This document shows, in pieces, positions 8,901 to 19,070 of a stretch of DNA of 64,000 bases. Made by a program: the position numbers and the translations under genes. This stretch comes from an uncultured Alphaproteobacteria bacterium (GTDB taxonomy: Bacteria; Electryoneota; RPQS01), in contig CAYORN010000002.1 of the NCBI GenBank assembly GCA_964406405.1, positions 10 through 64,009 of the forward strand, given 5' to 3'. The notes under the pieces are model-generated. The model searched no databases. It had not been told where the DNA came from and worked only from the letters and a program-made list of their open reading frames with translations. Numbering within the stretch: the stretch's first letter is position 1; the number at the start of each line of letters is the position of its first letter.

Positions 8901-9516
8901 GATGCCTCCTATAATCCTGCGTATTTCACGCCGTTCTGACCGAATTCCGCTCTTATTGTAACCTTTGTGAAGGCGGAAAGCAATGCGTAAAGCCATCAGG
9001 CGAAAATAAATGCTACAGGTACATGAGAACGTAGTCTGCCGAATTTCGGGCAGCATCGCCTCGGAAAAGCAAGAGGTTGCGGTTCTGCCACCGCGAAAAG
9101 AGGCTTGAGATCGGCAGAATTTGGTTCAACCTGAACCGTTTTGACAGAGTCTAATCCTCGAATCCGTAGGTGCGGACTCTCTTCGCGAGAAGTTGTTTTT
9201 GGGGTTCAAGAAAATTAAGTAATTGATATTAAAATAGTTAAGATTGTTGATATCTTTCGTCTTGGGGCAAACAGCTGGTCCGTTTAGCAACCGATCTGTA
9301 AGTCTCATTTTTTGAGGCAGATCGGCCAATTTTTTGCCTTGCAATTTAGGACATAATTTATTAAACTAAGTGCACTTCCTACCTTCCGTAGGTCCCGGCA
9401 ACAGCATTGGAGGGCATCGGTAAATTTCCCAGGGCTAATCCGTTTGTAATGGCTTCGATTTGAAGTCAACCCCATGTGCCTGGGTTTGGGCACGGCGCGA
9501 AAATTAGATTGGCTGC

Positions 9517-12500
9517 GTGATCAAACGGTATCCCGGGAATTCGGTGTCCGGCAATCCCCGCTTGCGGACTACTTTCCTCGTCATTCTGTTCGTGATTGGC
9601 TGCCCGCTTCTGTCTCATGCAGAGGTGGGCTTTCATCGTTCTTTGATGGACAGCACGAGCAGCAATCCTCTGGCTCGTCGCCCAGTCTTGGGCATTTCCA
9701 AGTTTCAGCCGCGCGCAATCCTCAATCTCGGCAGCACGTCGCAGGACGGGTACGCGGTGAGTTTCGACACGACCTATACTCAGGTCGTTTACATCTACCG
9801 CGTCAAGGACACCGATCTGCATCCGCCGACGGTGCTGAGCTATGATCAGTACCGCGAACTGCGGCTGAAGGCGGATTTCGACAAGCAGCGGCGCGATGAG
9901 ACGCGCAAGGTCTATAAGCGCACGGCCGAACAGCGGGGCGGCGAAGGCATTGCGATTGACGTGCCGTTCAAGATCAAGTCGAAGACCTTCCGGCGGCTCT
10001 TCGGCGGCGACAATGTCGGCGTGCGCGTGCAGGGCAATATTACGATCAACGGCAGCCTGCGGCGGCAGAAGTCCGACCAGCTTCAGGCGGCCAATCAGCG
10101 GAACACGAATACGAGTTTCCGCATTGACATGGTCCAGCAATTCTCGATTACCGGAAAGGTCGGGCAAAAAGTCGAGGTCAAGGTGGACCAGGATTCGGAG
10201 CGACTATTCGACTTCGAGAACTCGCTTAGGCTGACTTATACCGGCGACCAAGATGAGATCGTGCAGAAGGTGGAAGCCGGAAACGTCAACCTGAATCTGG
10301 GAACGCGGCTGGCGACGTTCTCCGGCAAGAACACCGGGCTCTTCGGGTTGAAAAGCGAGCTGAAATTCGGCCCTTTAAGCGTGACCGGCATCGCCTCGCT
10401 GGAACGCGGTCAAAAGAATCGGCAGCGTCCGAATCAGCAGGGGCAGAACCGGACGCAGTTCAATGAGCGGCAGTTTGTTCAGGACATCTATTTCTGGCTG
10501 ACGTCGGTGAGTACGTATCGTGACAGCACCGGCGCCACTCACGACGATCTGCCCAACTATCGGGAGAATTACCGGCGCTATCAGAACCGCGAGCATCTCG
10601 CGATGCCGACACCTCAACAGATTCAGTGGATAGAGGTGTTTGTCAGTTCGGGGCCGGAGAGCAATCCGAATGATCCGACTGAATACTCCGGCCGCGCGGC
10701 GGCGATGCAGTTTTATCAGGATCTCTGGGTATCGGATAGTGCCTTTAATGCGCTGAAGACCGCCGACAGCCGGAACTATGCACAATTGACCTGGCGGCGC
10801 TTGCAGCGGGACGTACAGTACACGTTCGACGCGCAGTTAGGTTACCTCCGCCTCAAGCAGGCGGTGCAGCCTTCGCAGTATCTTGCTTGCGCTTTCTCGA
10901 CGTTGAATGGCGACACCTTTGGAACGCTGGTGGGGAACCTGCGCCAACAGCGGCTGATCCTGCTGCGCTCGAACGATCCCTCCGTCAACGACTCCACGTG
11001 GGACTTGATGTTCCGGCACGTCTATGGCATGGGGGCAACCAGTCTCGATCCGAACTCATTCAAGATCACGATCAGTCGCGCTTCTGCCTCGAACAACCTC
11101 GGGGAGACCGGCCCGCCGGTGGGCGGCTTCTGCGGGGGCGCGAGTACCTGCACCTACCTGAGCTTCTTTGGCTTCGATCTGGAACAGGCCCAAGGCGGCG
11201 GAGGCGGTCCGGACGGGCAGATTGACGATCACGGTTCGATTCGCAACTTCGCCTTGGGGGAGATCCAGTTTCTCGATCTGACGCCGTTCAATCCCAGCGG
11301 CTATACAAACAACGGCGAGTTTATCGTGTCGCCGCTGGTGGCTTTGGACAGCACGGTAGATTCCGGACAGTTTATTGCTCCGAACCTATACGTTCAGAAA
11401 CCGACCTCATTCACCGGAACCCCACTTTGGAGATTTGAGACAGAATACAAGGGCTCATCCTCTGTCTTCAATCTTGGTCCGCTGGTGCTGGAAGGCTCGG
11501 AAGAGGTCACGCTGAACGGGGCGCCGCTGCAGCGCGGCAACGACTACACGATTGACTATGCCTCGGGCGAGCTGCGGATCTTGAACGAAGCCGCCAAGGC
11601 GCAGGGCGCGGATCTGGAAATCACTTTTGAGTCGGGGCAGATCTTTCAGCTCGACAAGAAGACTCTGTTAGGCGCGCGTGCCGAGTATGAACTGTGGGAT
11701 CAGTCCTATATCGGCGGTATGGTTCTGCACTTGAACGAGAAGACGCTGGACAAGCGGGTGCGCATCGGCAGCGAGCCGATCCGGAACACCTTATACGATG
11801 CGAACACCCGCCTGCATTTCGCGCCGAATTTTCTTTCGCGGATGGTGGATGCGATTCCACTGATTCATACCGAGCAGGGATCCGAACTGGTGATTGACGG
11901 CGAAGTTGCGAAGGTCTTTCCCAATCCGAATTCTTTGGAAAACCCGCGCACGGGAGACTATAACGGCCTGGCCTACATAGATGACTTCGAAGGTTCGCGC
12001 CGGGCGACGCCGCTGGGGCTATTGCGCCGCATGTGGAACGTGTCATCACCTCCGGCAGACGTGCAGCAAGGACTGCTCGATCCGCGCCGAGGCCGGATCC
12101 GTTGGTGGAATCCCAACACGCGCGATCAGGTTCCGGTGAGGGAGGTCTTTCCCGAGCGCGAAGTGAACTCGCAGGTGGCCAACACGCTGCAATCGCTCAA
12201 GATTGAATTCACGCCGGATACCGCCGACAGCCGGCCGCCAGAACGGAGTTGGGGCGGCGTGATGCGCTATCTGGGTCAGGGCTACTCCGATCAGTCGAAG
12301 GCGCAGTATCTGGAGCTCTGGGTCAAGCTGCCCGGCAATCCGCAGGGAAAAATGATCATTGATTTGGGCGAGATTTCCGAGGATGCGATTCCCAACCAGC
12401 GCATGGACTCGGAAGACCGGTCGGCCACACCGGTTCAGGATCCGCGCTTGACTCAGGAATACGGCAACGGACTCCTGGATACGAACCCTGACGAAGACAC

Positions 12501-15500
12501 GGGATTGGACGGCCAATTCGGCACCGATCCGGCGGACTCCGCCTATTGGAATGGCCCGAACCAGCCCAAGGTGCCCTCGTGGGATGATTGGGAACACGGG
12601 TCGAACAACGATGATTTCAGCAAGGTCAACGGGACCGAACGCAGCCGCAACGACGAGAGCGGCACGTATCCGGATACCGAAGACCTGAACGACGATGACG
12701 AACTGAACACAACGAACAACTACTTCTCGTACACGATTGACCTGAGCTTCAATAACCCATACATCGTCGGCGGCCAGGACAACATCAACAACTGGCGTTT
12801 GTTCCGGATTCCGATTGCCAGCACGGATACGTCAGCGCGGCGCACGATCGGCACTCCGGACTTGACCAGCGTGAAGTGGGCGCGATTCTACGTGACCGGG
12901 ATGTCGCACAAAACGACGCTGGAAATCGTGCAGTTGGACATTGTGTCCAACGAGTGGCTGCCGCGCACAAGCACGATTGATTCGACGGAATATGTGTCCG
13001 CGGCGGTTATCAATACCCATGAAAATCCCGGTTACGTCAGCCCGCCGGGCGTGGAAGGCGCGATTGATCCGATTACCCGTCTGCGGCAGCGCGAGCAGTC
13101 GCTGGTGCTGAAGATCAACAATCTGGACAATCTGCCAGGCGGCGCGCCGGACGAGTTTTTCCTCGTCAAGGATCTGCATCAGGTGCTGAACCTGCTCGAA
13201 TACAAGCGGTTGAAGATGTTCGTGCACGGCGGAGGAGAGGATGTTACCCGGTTCCACGACGGGCTTTATCAATTAGTGCTGCGCTTCGGCCAGAGTTCCG
13301 GCGACATTCAGAATAACTACTATGACATCGTCATGCCGGTGAAGGCGGGGTGGGATCCGCAAAACGCGATTGACGTCACGCTCAACGAAGTATCCCTGAT
13401 GCACGCGAGGCGGGACTCCGCCCTCGCGGACACGGTGAACTATCCGGATCTAACTGAGGGAGGCCGCTTCGCCTGGGCGCGGCCGGATACACCGTCGCCG
13501 TACGACAGCCTGGTGATCAAAGGGAATCCCTCATTCTCGCGCGTGTATTATGTCGCGTTAGGCGTGCGGCTGGTGCCGGGGAAGGTGCGCATACGCTCGG
13601 GCGATGAGATCTGGGTGGACGAGTTGCGCGTGTCCGACATTTATCGCGATCCGGGGACGGCGGGCGATTTCAGTGCATCACTCCGGCTTGCGGACTTCGT
13701 GACGCTGCAGGGCGGTTATTCGACGCGCGACGCTGACTTTCACAACATCAACGTCCGCACCGGCGCCCAGCAGGCGGGCGGACAGGCGAGTCAGACGACG
13801 GTTCGCGGCAACGCCACGATAGCTATGCAGAAGTTCGGCCTAGATCGCTACGGCTTCCAACTGCCCGTCACGCTGGCGTATTCGGACAACACCAGTATTC
13901 CGAAGTACATTCCGAATACGGATTCGCGCGTGGACCCGCGCCATGCGCCGGAAGATATCAAAGGGAAGCAGCAATCACTCTCGTACACGGTGCGTTATTC
14001 GAAGAGCGGCAATTCCCGGAATCCGTTCGTCCGCTGGTCGCTGGAGAAGCTCAACCTGGGCTGGGATTACAACTTCGACCGCGCGCACGATTTCAACACC
14101 TTGCGCAGCCGCGGGGAGACCAGCAGCGCCACCGCAGGTTATAACTTCCCGACGGCGAAAGGACGCGGAATTGCGCCGCTGTGGTTCATGAAGCAGGTGC
14201 CGGTGTTAAGCCTTCTGGGCAATCCCCACATTTTTTACAAGCCGACGAAGCTGCAATTTACGGCGCGCGCGGACAAGCGGGATGAGTTCCACGAGACCCG
14301 GCAGGGGCAGTTGACGACCAACAAGCTGTTCACCACCGTTCGGGGCATCAACACCGGCTTCAACTTCATCAATCCGCTGACGACAGACTATACGCGCTCG
14401 CACAAGGGGGTGCTGGCGTCGAACGATTGGGCGGATCTGCTGCAGTACGATTTCGGGCGAACCAACGAGGTGCAGCAGAACCTGACAAACAACTACAGTC
14501 CGCAGCTCACCTCATGGCTCCGCCCCACATTCAACTACACGACAACGTACGGCTGGACGTGGCGCAATTTCGGCCAGCGGAATGGACAATCGATCTCCAA
14601 TTCGCGCAACATGGGTGTTGATTTGCAGCTTGATTTGCGCGCGATCCTGGGTGGTGGAGGGGGCGGCAGCCGGGGACGAGGCAGCGGTCGCGGCGACGAT
14701 CGCGGAGGCGGACGCGGCAATTCGCAGCTACCGGGGGGACCGCAAGGGGCACAACCTCATGGCACTCCGCCGGGCATGATGCCGGGCGGCGAATTCGAGC
14801 CGCCGATGCCGGGGATGCCGCCGGACACGCTGCACAATTCCGATCCGCGACTTCCTGGGCGCGGTCAGATTCCCGGACAGATGCCAAGGTTCCCTGCGGA
14901 TTCGACGCAGCAGCACGGCGCAGATACGACGTCGGTTGTTCAAGGGGATACAACGCAGCAGGCACCGCCAAAGGCGCGAGTATCGCTGGGCGAACGCTTA
15001 GGATCCGTTTTCAATCCGATCAAGCAGGCGCTGCTCATTCTCGATCCGATTACGCTGAGTCTTGATAACACGGCGCAGCACTCCGTGGGTGGAACCATCG
15101 GTCAGGCCTCGCTCGCGTATCAGCTGGGTTTGTCGCAAGATCCGAAACTGCCCTTCGATCCGACGGCCGCAGCGAATCCGATGCGCCGCAAGGACCAGAG
15201 CTTTACCGGCCGCTCCGGCATTCGCTTCACGCCGGATATTCGCACCACCTTGAACTACGGCTATCGCACCGGCGAGAATATTCAAGGCACGATTCCGAGC
15301 GGGACGATCGAGAAAACAGAGTTCTGGCTGGCAGGAAAGAAAGGCAGCCCCACGCGCTTCCCGTTCGTTGATATTTCCGCGGACTGGGGCGGGTTGGAAA
15401 AACTCCCGTTCCTCAGTCGCGTGGCGCAGTCCGTGGCGCTCAACAGCGCCGTGGCGAATAAGGTCACGGAACAGTGGTCAAATCGGCGCGCCGAGATTCA

Positions 15501-15990
15501 ACAGCGCGAGCACAATCGGCAATGGAATCCGTTTCTCGGCGTTAATTTCACGTGGAAGGGAAACATTGATTCGCAAGTGCGCTACAACACGTCGAGCCGT
15601 TTCACCGAGATGGTGCGCACCAATACCAAGAACCGCACGACGGAGCAGACGATCACCGCAACCGTGAGTTATACGATCCGGACCGGTTTCCGCATTCCGG
15701 TGCTCTGGCTCAGCACGCTCAAGCTGCAGAACCAGACGACCTTCTCGCTGAACGGCGATTACCGTTCGACGAAGGCCGAGCACACGACGGAAGCGGGAAG
15801 CGATGTATATACGCCGGACAACGGCTCGCAGACAGCCTGGTCGCTGCAGCCGCGCATGACCTACAGTTTCTCCAACACGGTTCAAGGTCAAGCCTACGTG
15901 CAGATTCAGCAGACCAAGCAAACGGTGACCGGCGTGAAAACGCGAACCTTTGAATTCGGCATTCAGGTGAACATTGCGATTCGCGGCTAA
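9517..15990 (+). CDS. sprA: Giant (2157 aa) secreted outer-membrane protein, a candidate SprA/Sov-like T9SS translocon
   Basis: N-terminal signal peptide (RLRTTFLVILFVIGCPLLSHA). Size matches the 2100-2500 aa of the SprA family. The genomic context contains T9SS components. An Asp/Asn-rich segment is present (DTNPDEDTGLDGQFGTDPAD...), together with an internal Gly/Pro-rich low-complexity insert at about 14640-14960. Recognition is by size, context and composition only, not by a motif search. Confidence 0.5.
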   Translation: MIKRYPGNSVSGNPRLRTTFLVILFVIGCPLLSHAEVGFHRSLMDSTSSNPLARRPVLGISKFQPRAILNLGSTSQDGYAVSFDTTYTQVVYIYRVKDTDLHPPTVLSYDQYRELRLKADFDKQRRDETRKVYKRTAEQRGGEGIAIDVPFKIKSKTFRRLFGGDNVGVRVQGNITINGSLRRQKSDQLQAANQRNTNTSFRIDMVQQFSITGKVGQKVEVKVDQDSERLFDFENSLRLTYTGDQDEIVQKVEAGNVNLNLGTRLATFSGKNTGLFGLKSELKFGPLSVTGIASLERGQKNRQRPNQQGQNRTQFNERQFVQDIYFWLTSVSTYRDSTGATHDDLPNYRENYRRYQNREHLAMPTPQQIQWIEVFVSSGPESNPNDPTEYSGRAAAMQFYQDLWVSDSAFNALKTADSRNYAQLTWRRLQRDVQYTFDAQLGYLRLKQAVQPSQYLACAFSTLNGDTFGTLVGNLRQQRLILLRSNDPSVNDSTWDLMFRHVYGMGATSLDPNSFKITISRASASNNLGETGPPVGGFCGGASTCTYLSFFGFDLEQAQGGGGGPDGQIDDHGSIRNFALGEIQFLDLTPFNPSGYTNNGEFIVSPLVALDSTVDSGQFIAPNLYVQKPTSFTGTPLWRFETEYKGSSSVFNLGPLVLEGSEEVTLNGAPLQRGNDYTIDYASGELRILNEAAKAQGADLEITFESGQIFQLDKKTLLGARAEYELWDQSYIGGMVLHLNEKTLDKRVRIGSEPIRNTLYDANTRLHFAPNFLSRMVDAIPLIHTEQGSELVIDGEVAKVFPNPNSLENPRTGDYNGLAYIDDFEGSRRATPLGLLRRMWNVSSPPADVQQGLLDPRRGRIRWWNPNTRDQVPVREVFPEREVNSQVANTLQSLKIEFTPDTADSRPPERSWGGVMRYLGQGYSDQSKAQYLELWVKLPGNPQGKMIIDLGEISEDAIPNQRMDSEDRSATPVQDPRLTQEYGNGLLDTNPDEDTGLDGQFGTDPADSAYWNGPNQPKVPSWDDWEHGSNNDDFSKVNGTERSRNDESGTYPDTEDLNDDDELNTTNNYFSYTIDLSFNNPYIVGGQDNINNWRLFRIPIASTDTSARRTIGTPDLTSVKWARFYVTGMSHKTTLEIVQLDIVSNEWLPRTSTIDSTEYVSAAVINTHENPGYVSPPGVEGAIDPITRLRQREQSLVLKINNLDNLPGGAPDEFFLVKDLHQVLNLLEYKRLKMFVHGGGEDVTRFHDGLYQLVLRFGQSSGDIQNNYYDIVMPVKAGWDPQNAIDVTLNEVSLMHARRDSALADTVNYPDLTEGGRFAWARPDTPSPYDSLVIKGNPSFSRVYYVALGVRLVPGKVRIRSGDEIWVDELRVSDIYRDPGTAGDFSASLRLADFVTLQGGYSTRDADFHNINVRTGAQQAGGQASQTTVRGNATIAMQKFGLDRYGFQLPVTLAYSDNTSIPKYIPNTDSRVDPRHAPEDIKGKQQSLSYTVRYSKSGNSRNPFVRWSLEKLNLGWDYNFDRAHDFNTLRSRGETSSATAGYNFPTAKGRGIAPLWFMKQVPVLSLLGNPHIFYKPTKLQFTARADKRDEFHETRQGQLTTNKLFTTVRGINTGFNFINPLTTDYTRSHKGVLASNDWADLLQYDFGRTNEVQQNLTNNYSPQLTSWLRPTFNYTTTYGWTWRNFGQRNGQSISNSRNMGVDLQLDLRAILGGGGGGSRGRGSGRGDDRGGGRGNSQLPGGPQGAQPHGTPPGMMPGGEFEPPMPGMPPDTLHNSDPRLPGRGQIPGQMPRFPADSTQQHGADTTSVVQGDTTQQAPPKARVSLGERLGSVFNPIKQALLILDPITLSLDNTAQHSVGGTIGQASLAYQLGLSQDPKLPFDPTAAANPMRRKDQSFTGRSGIRFTPDIRTTLNYGYRTGENIQGTIPSGTIEKTEFWLAGKKGSPTRFPFVDISADWGGLEKLPFLSRVAQSVALNSAVANKVTEQWSNRRAEIQQREHNRQWNPFLGVNFTWKGNIDSQVRYNTSSRFTEMVRTNTKNRTTEQTITATVSYTIRTGFRIPVLWLSTLKLQNQTTFSLNGDYRSTKAEHTTEAGSDVYTPDNGSQTAWSLQPRMTYSFSNTVQGQAYVQIQQTKQTVTGVKTRTFEFGIQVNIAIRG

Positions 15991-16864
15991 ACTCGTTCTC
16001 TTCCTACTGCTCGCGTGCGGCGCGTGGGCGTTTGATCAGAATCGGGCGTTTGTGCTACTTGAGGCGCAATGCGCCTTTGGGCCGCGCAATCCGGGATCCG
16101 TCGGCCATCAGCAGTGCCTCGATTTTCTGGTGCGCGAAATGAAGGCGTGGGCGGACACGGTGTGGACGCAGCCGTTCAGCTATACGAGCGAAGACACGAA
16201 AGAGACGCTGGCGCTGACGAATGTCGTGGCGCAGTTCAATGTGCAGCAGAAGGATCGGATCTTGCTCTGCGCGCATTGGGATACGCGGCCCTTTGCCGAT
16301 CGCGATCCCAATCCGGCGAACCGGCAGACACCAATTTTGGGCGCCAACGACGCCGGTTCGGGGACGGCGATTCTGCTGGAGATCGCACGGCAACTGCATC
16401 TCAGCCCAATCAAGATTGGCGTGGATCTGGTGCTGTTCGACGGCGAAGATTATGGGCGGGAAGAGGTGCTGGAGGATTATTTGATCGGCTCCAAGTATTA
16501 TGCGAAGGCGCTGCGCGAGCCAAAACCGCGGTTCGGCATATTATTGGACATGGTCGGTGACCGCGACTTACATATTCCGTTCGAAGGCAACTCATGGACA
16601 TATTCGAAAGGTGTAGTGGACAAGATTATGGCGGCGGCCAAACGACAGAATGTGAAGACGATTGAGAATCGGCCCAGCAGCCCGATTATGGATGACCATA
16701 TTCCGCTGATGGAAGCGGGCATCAGCATGGTGGACCTGATTGATATGGATTACACATATTGGCATACGACCCAGGATGTTCCCGCGAACTGCTCGGCTTA
16801 TGCGCTGGGCGACGTGGGACGGACGGTGCTCGATCTGTTGCGCCATGAAGAGGTGCAGAAGTGA
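15974..16864 (+). CDS. Glutaminyl-peptide cyclotransferase (animal-type QC, M28 fold), a probable lipoprotein
   Basis: M28 metal-ligand blocks: CAHWDTRPFAD, GANDAGSGTAILLEIAR, LVLFDGEDYG, LLDMVGD. QC-specific C-terminal blocks: MDDHIPLMEAG and YWHTTQD (compare human QC DDHIPF and WHTMDD). Signal plus lipobox LLLACG. The start is a TTG at 15974 with no RBS and is uncertain; it overlaps the end of sprA by 17 nt. Confidence 0.65.
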   Translation: MRFAAKLVLFLLLACGAWAFDQNRAFVLLEAQCAFGPRNPGSVGHQQCLDFLVREMKAWADTVWTQPFSYTSEDTKETLALTNVVAQFNVQQKDRILLCAHWDTRPFADRDPNPANRQTPILGANDAGSGTAILLEIARQLHLSPIKIGVDLVLFDGEDYGREEVLEDYLIGSKYYAKALREPKPRFGILLDMVGDRDLHIPFEGNSWTYSKGVVDKIMAAAKRQNVKTIENRPSSPIMDDHIPLMEAGISMVDLIDMDYTYWHTTQDVPANCSAYALGDVGRTVLDLLRHEEVQK

Positions 16865-17787
16865 GAGCCGCCGCGATTGACATCGGCACAAATACAACTT
16901 TAGCGCTGCTCGCCGACAACGGGGCGGACGGGTTGATCGCGATCAAGGACCAACTCACGCCAAACGGCTTGGGGCAGGCGCTAAAGGACAACCCTGAACT
17001 TCCGTATGAAGCGATTGCGCTGAATGTGGATCTTTTGAACGAGATCATTCGCGATTACCGGCGCGACGGCGCGGAGGAGATTGCGGTCTGCGCCACGGCC
17101 GCGCTGCGGCGCGCGCAAAACCGAGCCGATTTTGTTTCGGCGGTGAAAGAGATTTTGGGCGTGGACGTGGAGATCCTTGACGGGCGAGACGAAGCGGCGC
17201 TGACGTTTGCCGGAGCGATCTCAAATCGCGAGATTTATCCGAATGAGCGCGTGGGGGTGATTGACATCGGCGGCGGTTCGACGGAAGTGATCGAAGGGCG
17301 CGGGCCGGTGCCGGTGCAAAGCTACAGCCTCGACGTGGGTGCGGTGTACTTGACGAATGAGTTTTTCGCGAACGATCCGCCGCCGCCCGCAGCGGTGACG
17401 GCGCTGCGCGAGCAACTGCGAATCAAGCTGCCGAGCCTGCTTGCCGGGGTGCGGGGCAACAACATGCCGTGGATTCTGGTCGGCGGCACGCCGGTGACGT
17501 TGGCGATGATCAAGCGCGGGCTGCGTCATTATCATCCGGCCGCCGTGGGCGGGACGTTTTTGACAACGGACGACCTTTTGCGTTCTGTTGATCTGTTCGC
17601 CGGGCGGCATTCGGAAGAAATTCAGAGCACTCCGGGGATGCCGCCGACACGCGGGCGCTATATTCTCGCCGGAACGCTGCTATTGCTCGAACTGTTTGCG
17701 GCGTTGGGCCTCGAAGAAGGATTAGTCACTGAGCGCGGCTTGCGACACGGCTATTGGCTGGCGAAATTCGGACAAGTGAGGGCGTGA
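16861..17787 (+). CDS. Ppx/GppA-family exopolyphosphatase / pppGpp phosphohydrolase
   Basis: N-terminal AAIDIGTNTTLALLAD (the Ppx/GppA actin-fold phosphate-1 motif) and IDIGGGSTEV (phosphate-2). GTG start overlapping the upstream stop by 4 nt. Confidence 0.75.
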   Translation: MRAAAIDIGTNTTLALLADNGADGLIAIKDQLTPNGLGQALKDNPELPYEAIALNVDLLNEIIRDYRRDGAEEIAVCATAALRRAQNRADFVSAVKEILGVDVEILDGRDEAALTFAGAISNREIYPNERVGVIDIGGGSTEVIEGRGPVPVQSYSLDVGAVYLTNEFFANDPPPPAAVTALREQLRIKLPSLLAGVRGNNMPWILVGGTPVTLAMIKRGLRHYHPAAVGGTFLTTDDLLRSVDLFAGRHSEEIQSTPGMPPTRGRYILAGTLLLLELFAALGLEEGLVTERGLRHGYWLAKFGQVRA

Positions 17788-18989
17788 TGAAATACTTTTG
17801 GCTGATCCTGCTGATGGCATTCGCCCTTTTCGCCGCGTCGTGTAAAGAGGATACGATTGTCGAGCCGCCCTCACCGAGCATGACGATTCTTGACGCGCCG
17901 AATGCGCTGCTGGCGAATGCGGATTCGTGCTATCTGTATCGCGTGCGCATCACTAATCTGCAGCTGTCAGACGTCGCGGTTCTCATCAGTGGTCCGGACT
18001 CAATCTACCATCCGTTTGTTCGCCTTTTGGACGATGGTGGTTCGACGACAATTTTGGATCCAGAATATGCTTGCGATCCTTCGGGCGATATCGTGCCCAA
18101 CGATGGCATATTCACAGGAAGAATTAATGCAAGGATACTTGCACAGGGTGTTACAGGGTCATGGACGTTTCGATTCATGACTGGCGATTTGCCTACCGAA
18201 GAACGGTCTATTCAGATTCAGAATGCCGAGCCATGCATCATTACCTCCTACCCGCAAACGCAAACATTCGAAACCTGTTTTGCTCCGATGATGCTCGAGG
18301 TGCGGGTGGCGAGGACGGAAGGCGATGAGGTGGACAGTGTGCGGGTAGTCATCGGACAGCTGGCATTTCCGGAGGCGGCAGACACTCTGGAGTTCACGCC
18401 GGCTCAAGCGGACACCGTTTGGCGCGCCCAGCTTACGCCGACGTTTTTCGAATGTCTTAACGGCGCGGACTGCTTTCTGACTTATGCAGCCCATACGCGC
18501 TTCGGCATGACATGCGAACAGACGATCACGGACGTGAGCTACACCAACTCACTGCCAGTTCTGTCCAATTCCACGCTGCCGGATACGATCTTCCATCCGA
18601 CTGGCACTGGAGAAGTGGATTCTGTTGCCTTCACCGCAGACTTATTGGACTGCGAATTGGCAGGTGAGCAATTCTATTATGGGATGAAGTACAGCGTGCG
18701 ACGGCGCGACCGCACCGAGTGGACCGATTCATCTGCTTACGTGTTCCATGATGACGGGTTCTCGCCCGATGTTACGGCCGGAGATGGCACGTTCACGGCG
18801 GGGATTTCGATTCGCTGGGATATTCCGGATTCACTCTATTATTTTCGCTTCTACGCGCTCGAGTGCGCGCCGCCCGGTGACACATCAGCCTTCCTCATGG
18901 ACAGTGTACAGATTTGGCCATCGCCGGGAGCTTTGTTGAGAGAGCGTGATAGAGAGACCAGAGACGAAGCCACCTTCGGCACTTGGTAG
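17787..18989 (+). CDS. Hypothetical Cys-rich lipoprotein
   Basis: MKYFWLILLMAFALFAASC lipobox. The start overlaps the previous stop (TGATG). No recognisable catalytic motifs. Confidence 0.45.
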   Translation: MKYFWLILLMAFALFAASCKEDTIVEPPSPSMTILDAPNALLANADSCYLYRVRITNLQLSDVAVLISGPDSIYHPFVRLLDDGGSTTILDPEYACDPSGDIVPNDGIFTGRINARILAQGVTGSWTFRFMTGDLPTEERSIQIQNAEPCIITSYPQTQTFETCFAPMMLEVRVARTEGDEVDSVRVVIGQLAFPEAADTLEFTPAQADTVWRAQLTPTFFECLNGADCFLTYAAHTRFGMTCEQTITDVSYTNSLPVLSNSTLPDTIFHPTGTGEVDSVAFTADLLDCELAGEQFYYGMKYSVRRRDRTEWTDSSAYVFHDDGFSPDVTAGDGTFTAGISIRWDIPDSLYYFRFYALECAPPGDTSAFLMDSVQIWPSPGALLRERDRETRDEATFGTW

Positions 18990-19070
18990 CTTTTCGTAGG
19001 GCCATGACTCGTTATGGCTGCTCAGAGAATCCGGCCACAATAAATTGTGGCCCTACGACCAACACAAAAT

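Noticed and set aside
9150-9185. A possible tRNA T-arm (tcctcgaatccgtagg)
   Set aside because: It lacks the GGTTCGAATCC consensus, has no acceptor stem or CCA context, and no cloverleaf could be built by eye.
9126-9493. Small ORFs 9126..9344 and 9305..9493 in the AT-rich region upstream of sprA
   Set aside because: They lie in AT-rich promoter-like DNA. Their amino-acid composition (Asn, Ile, Lys, Phe-rich) is discordant with the rest of the genome, and they have no RBS.
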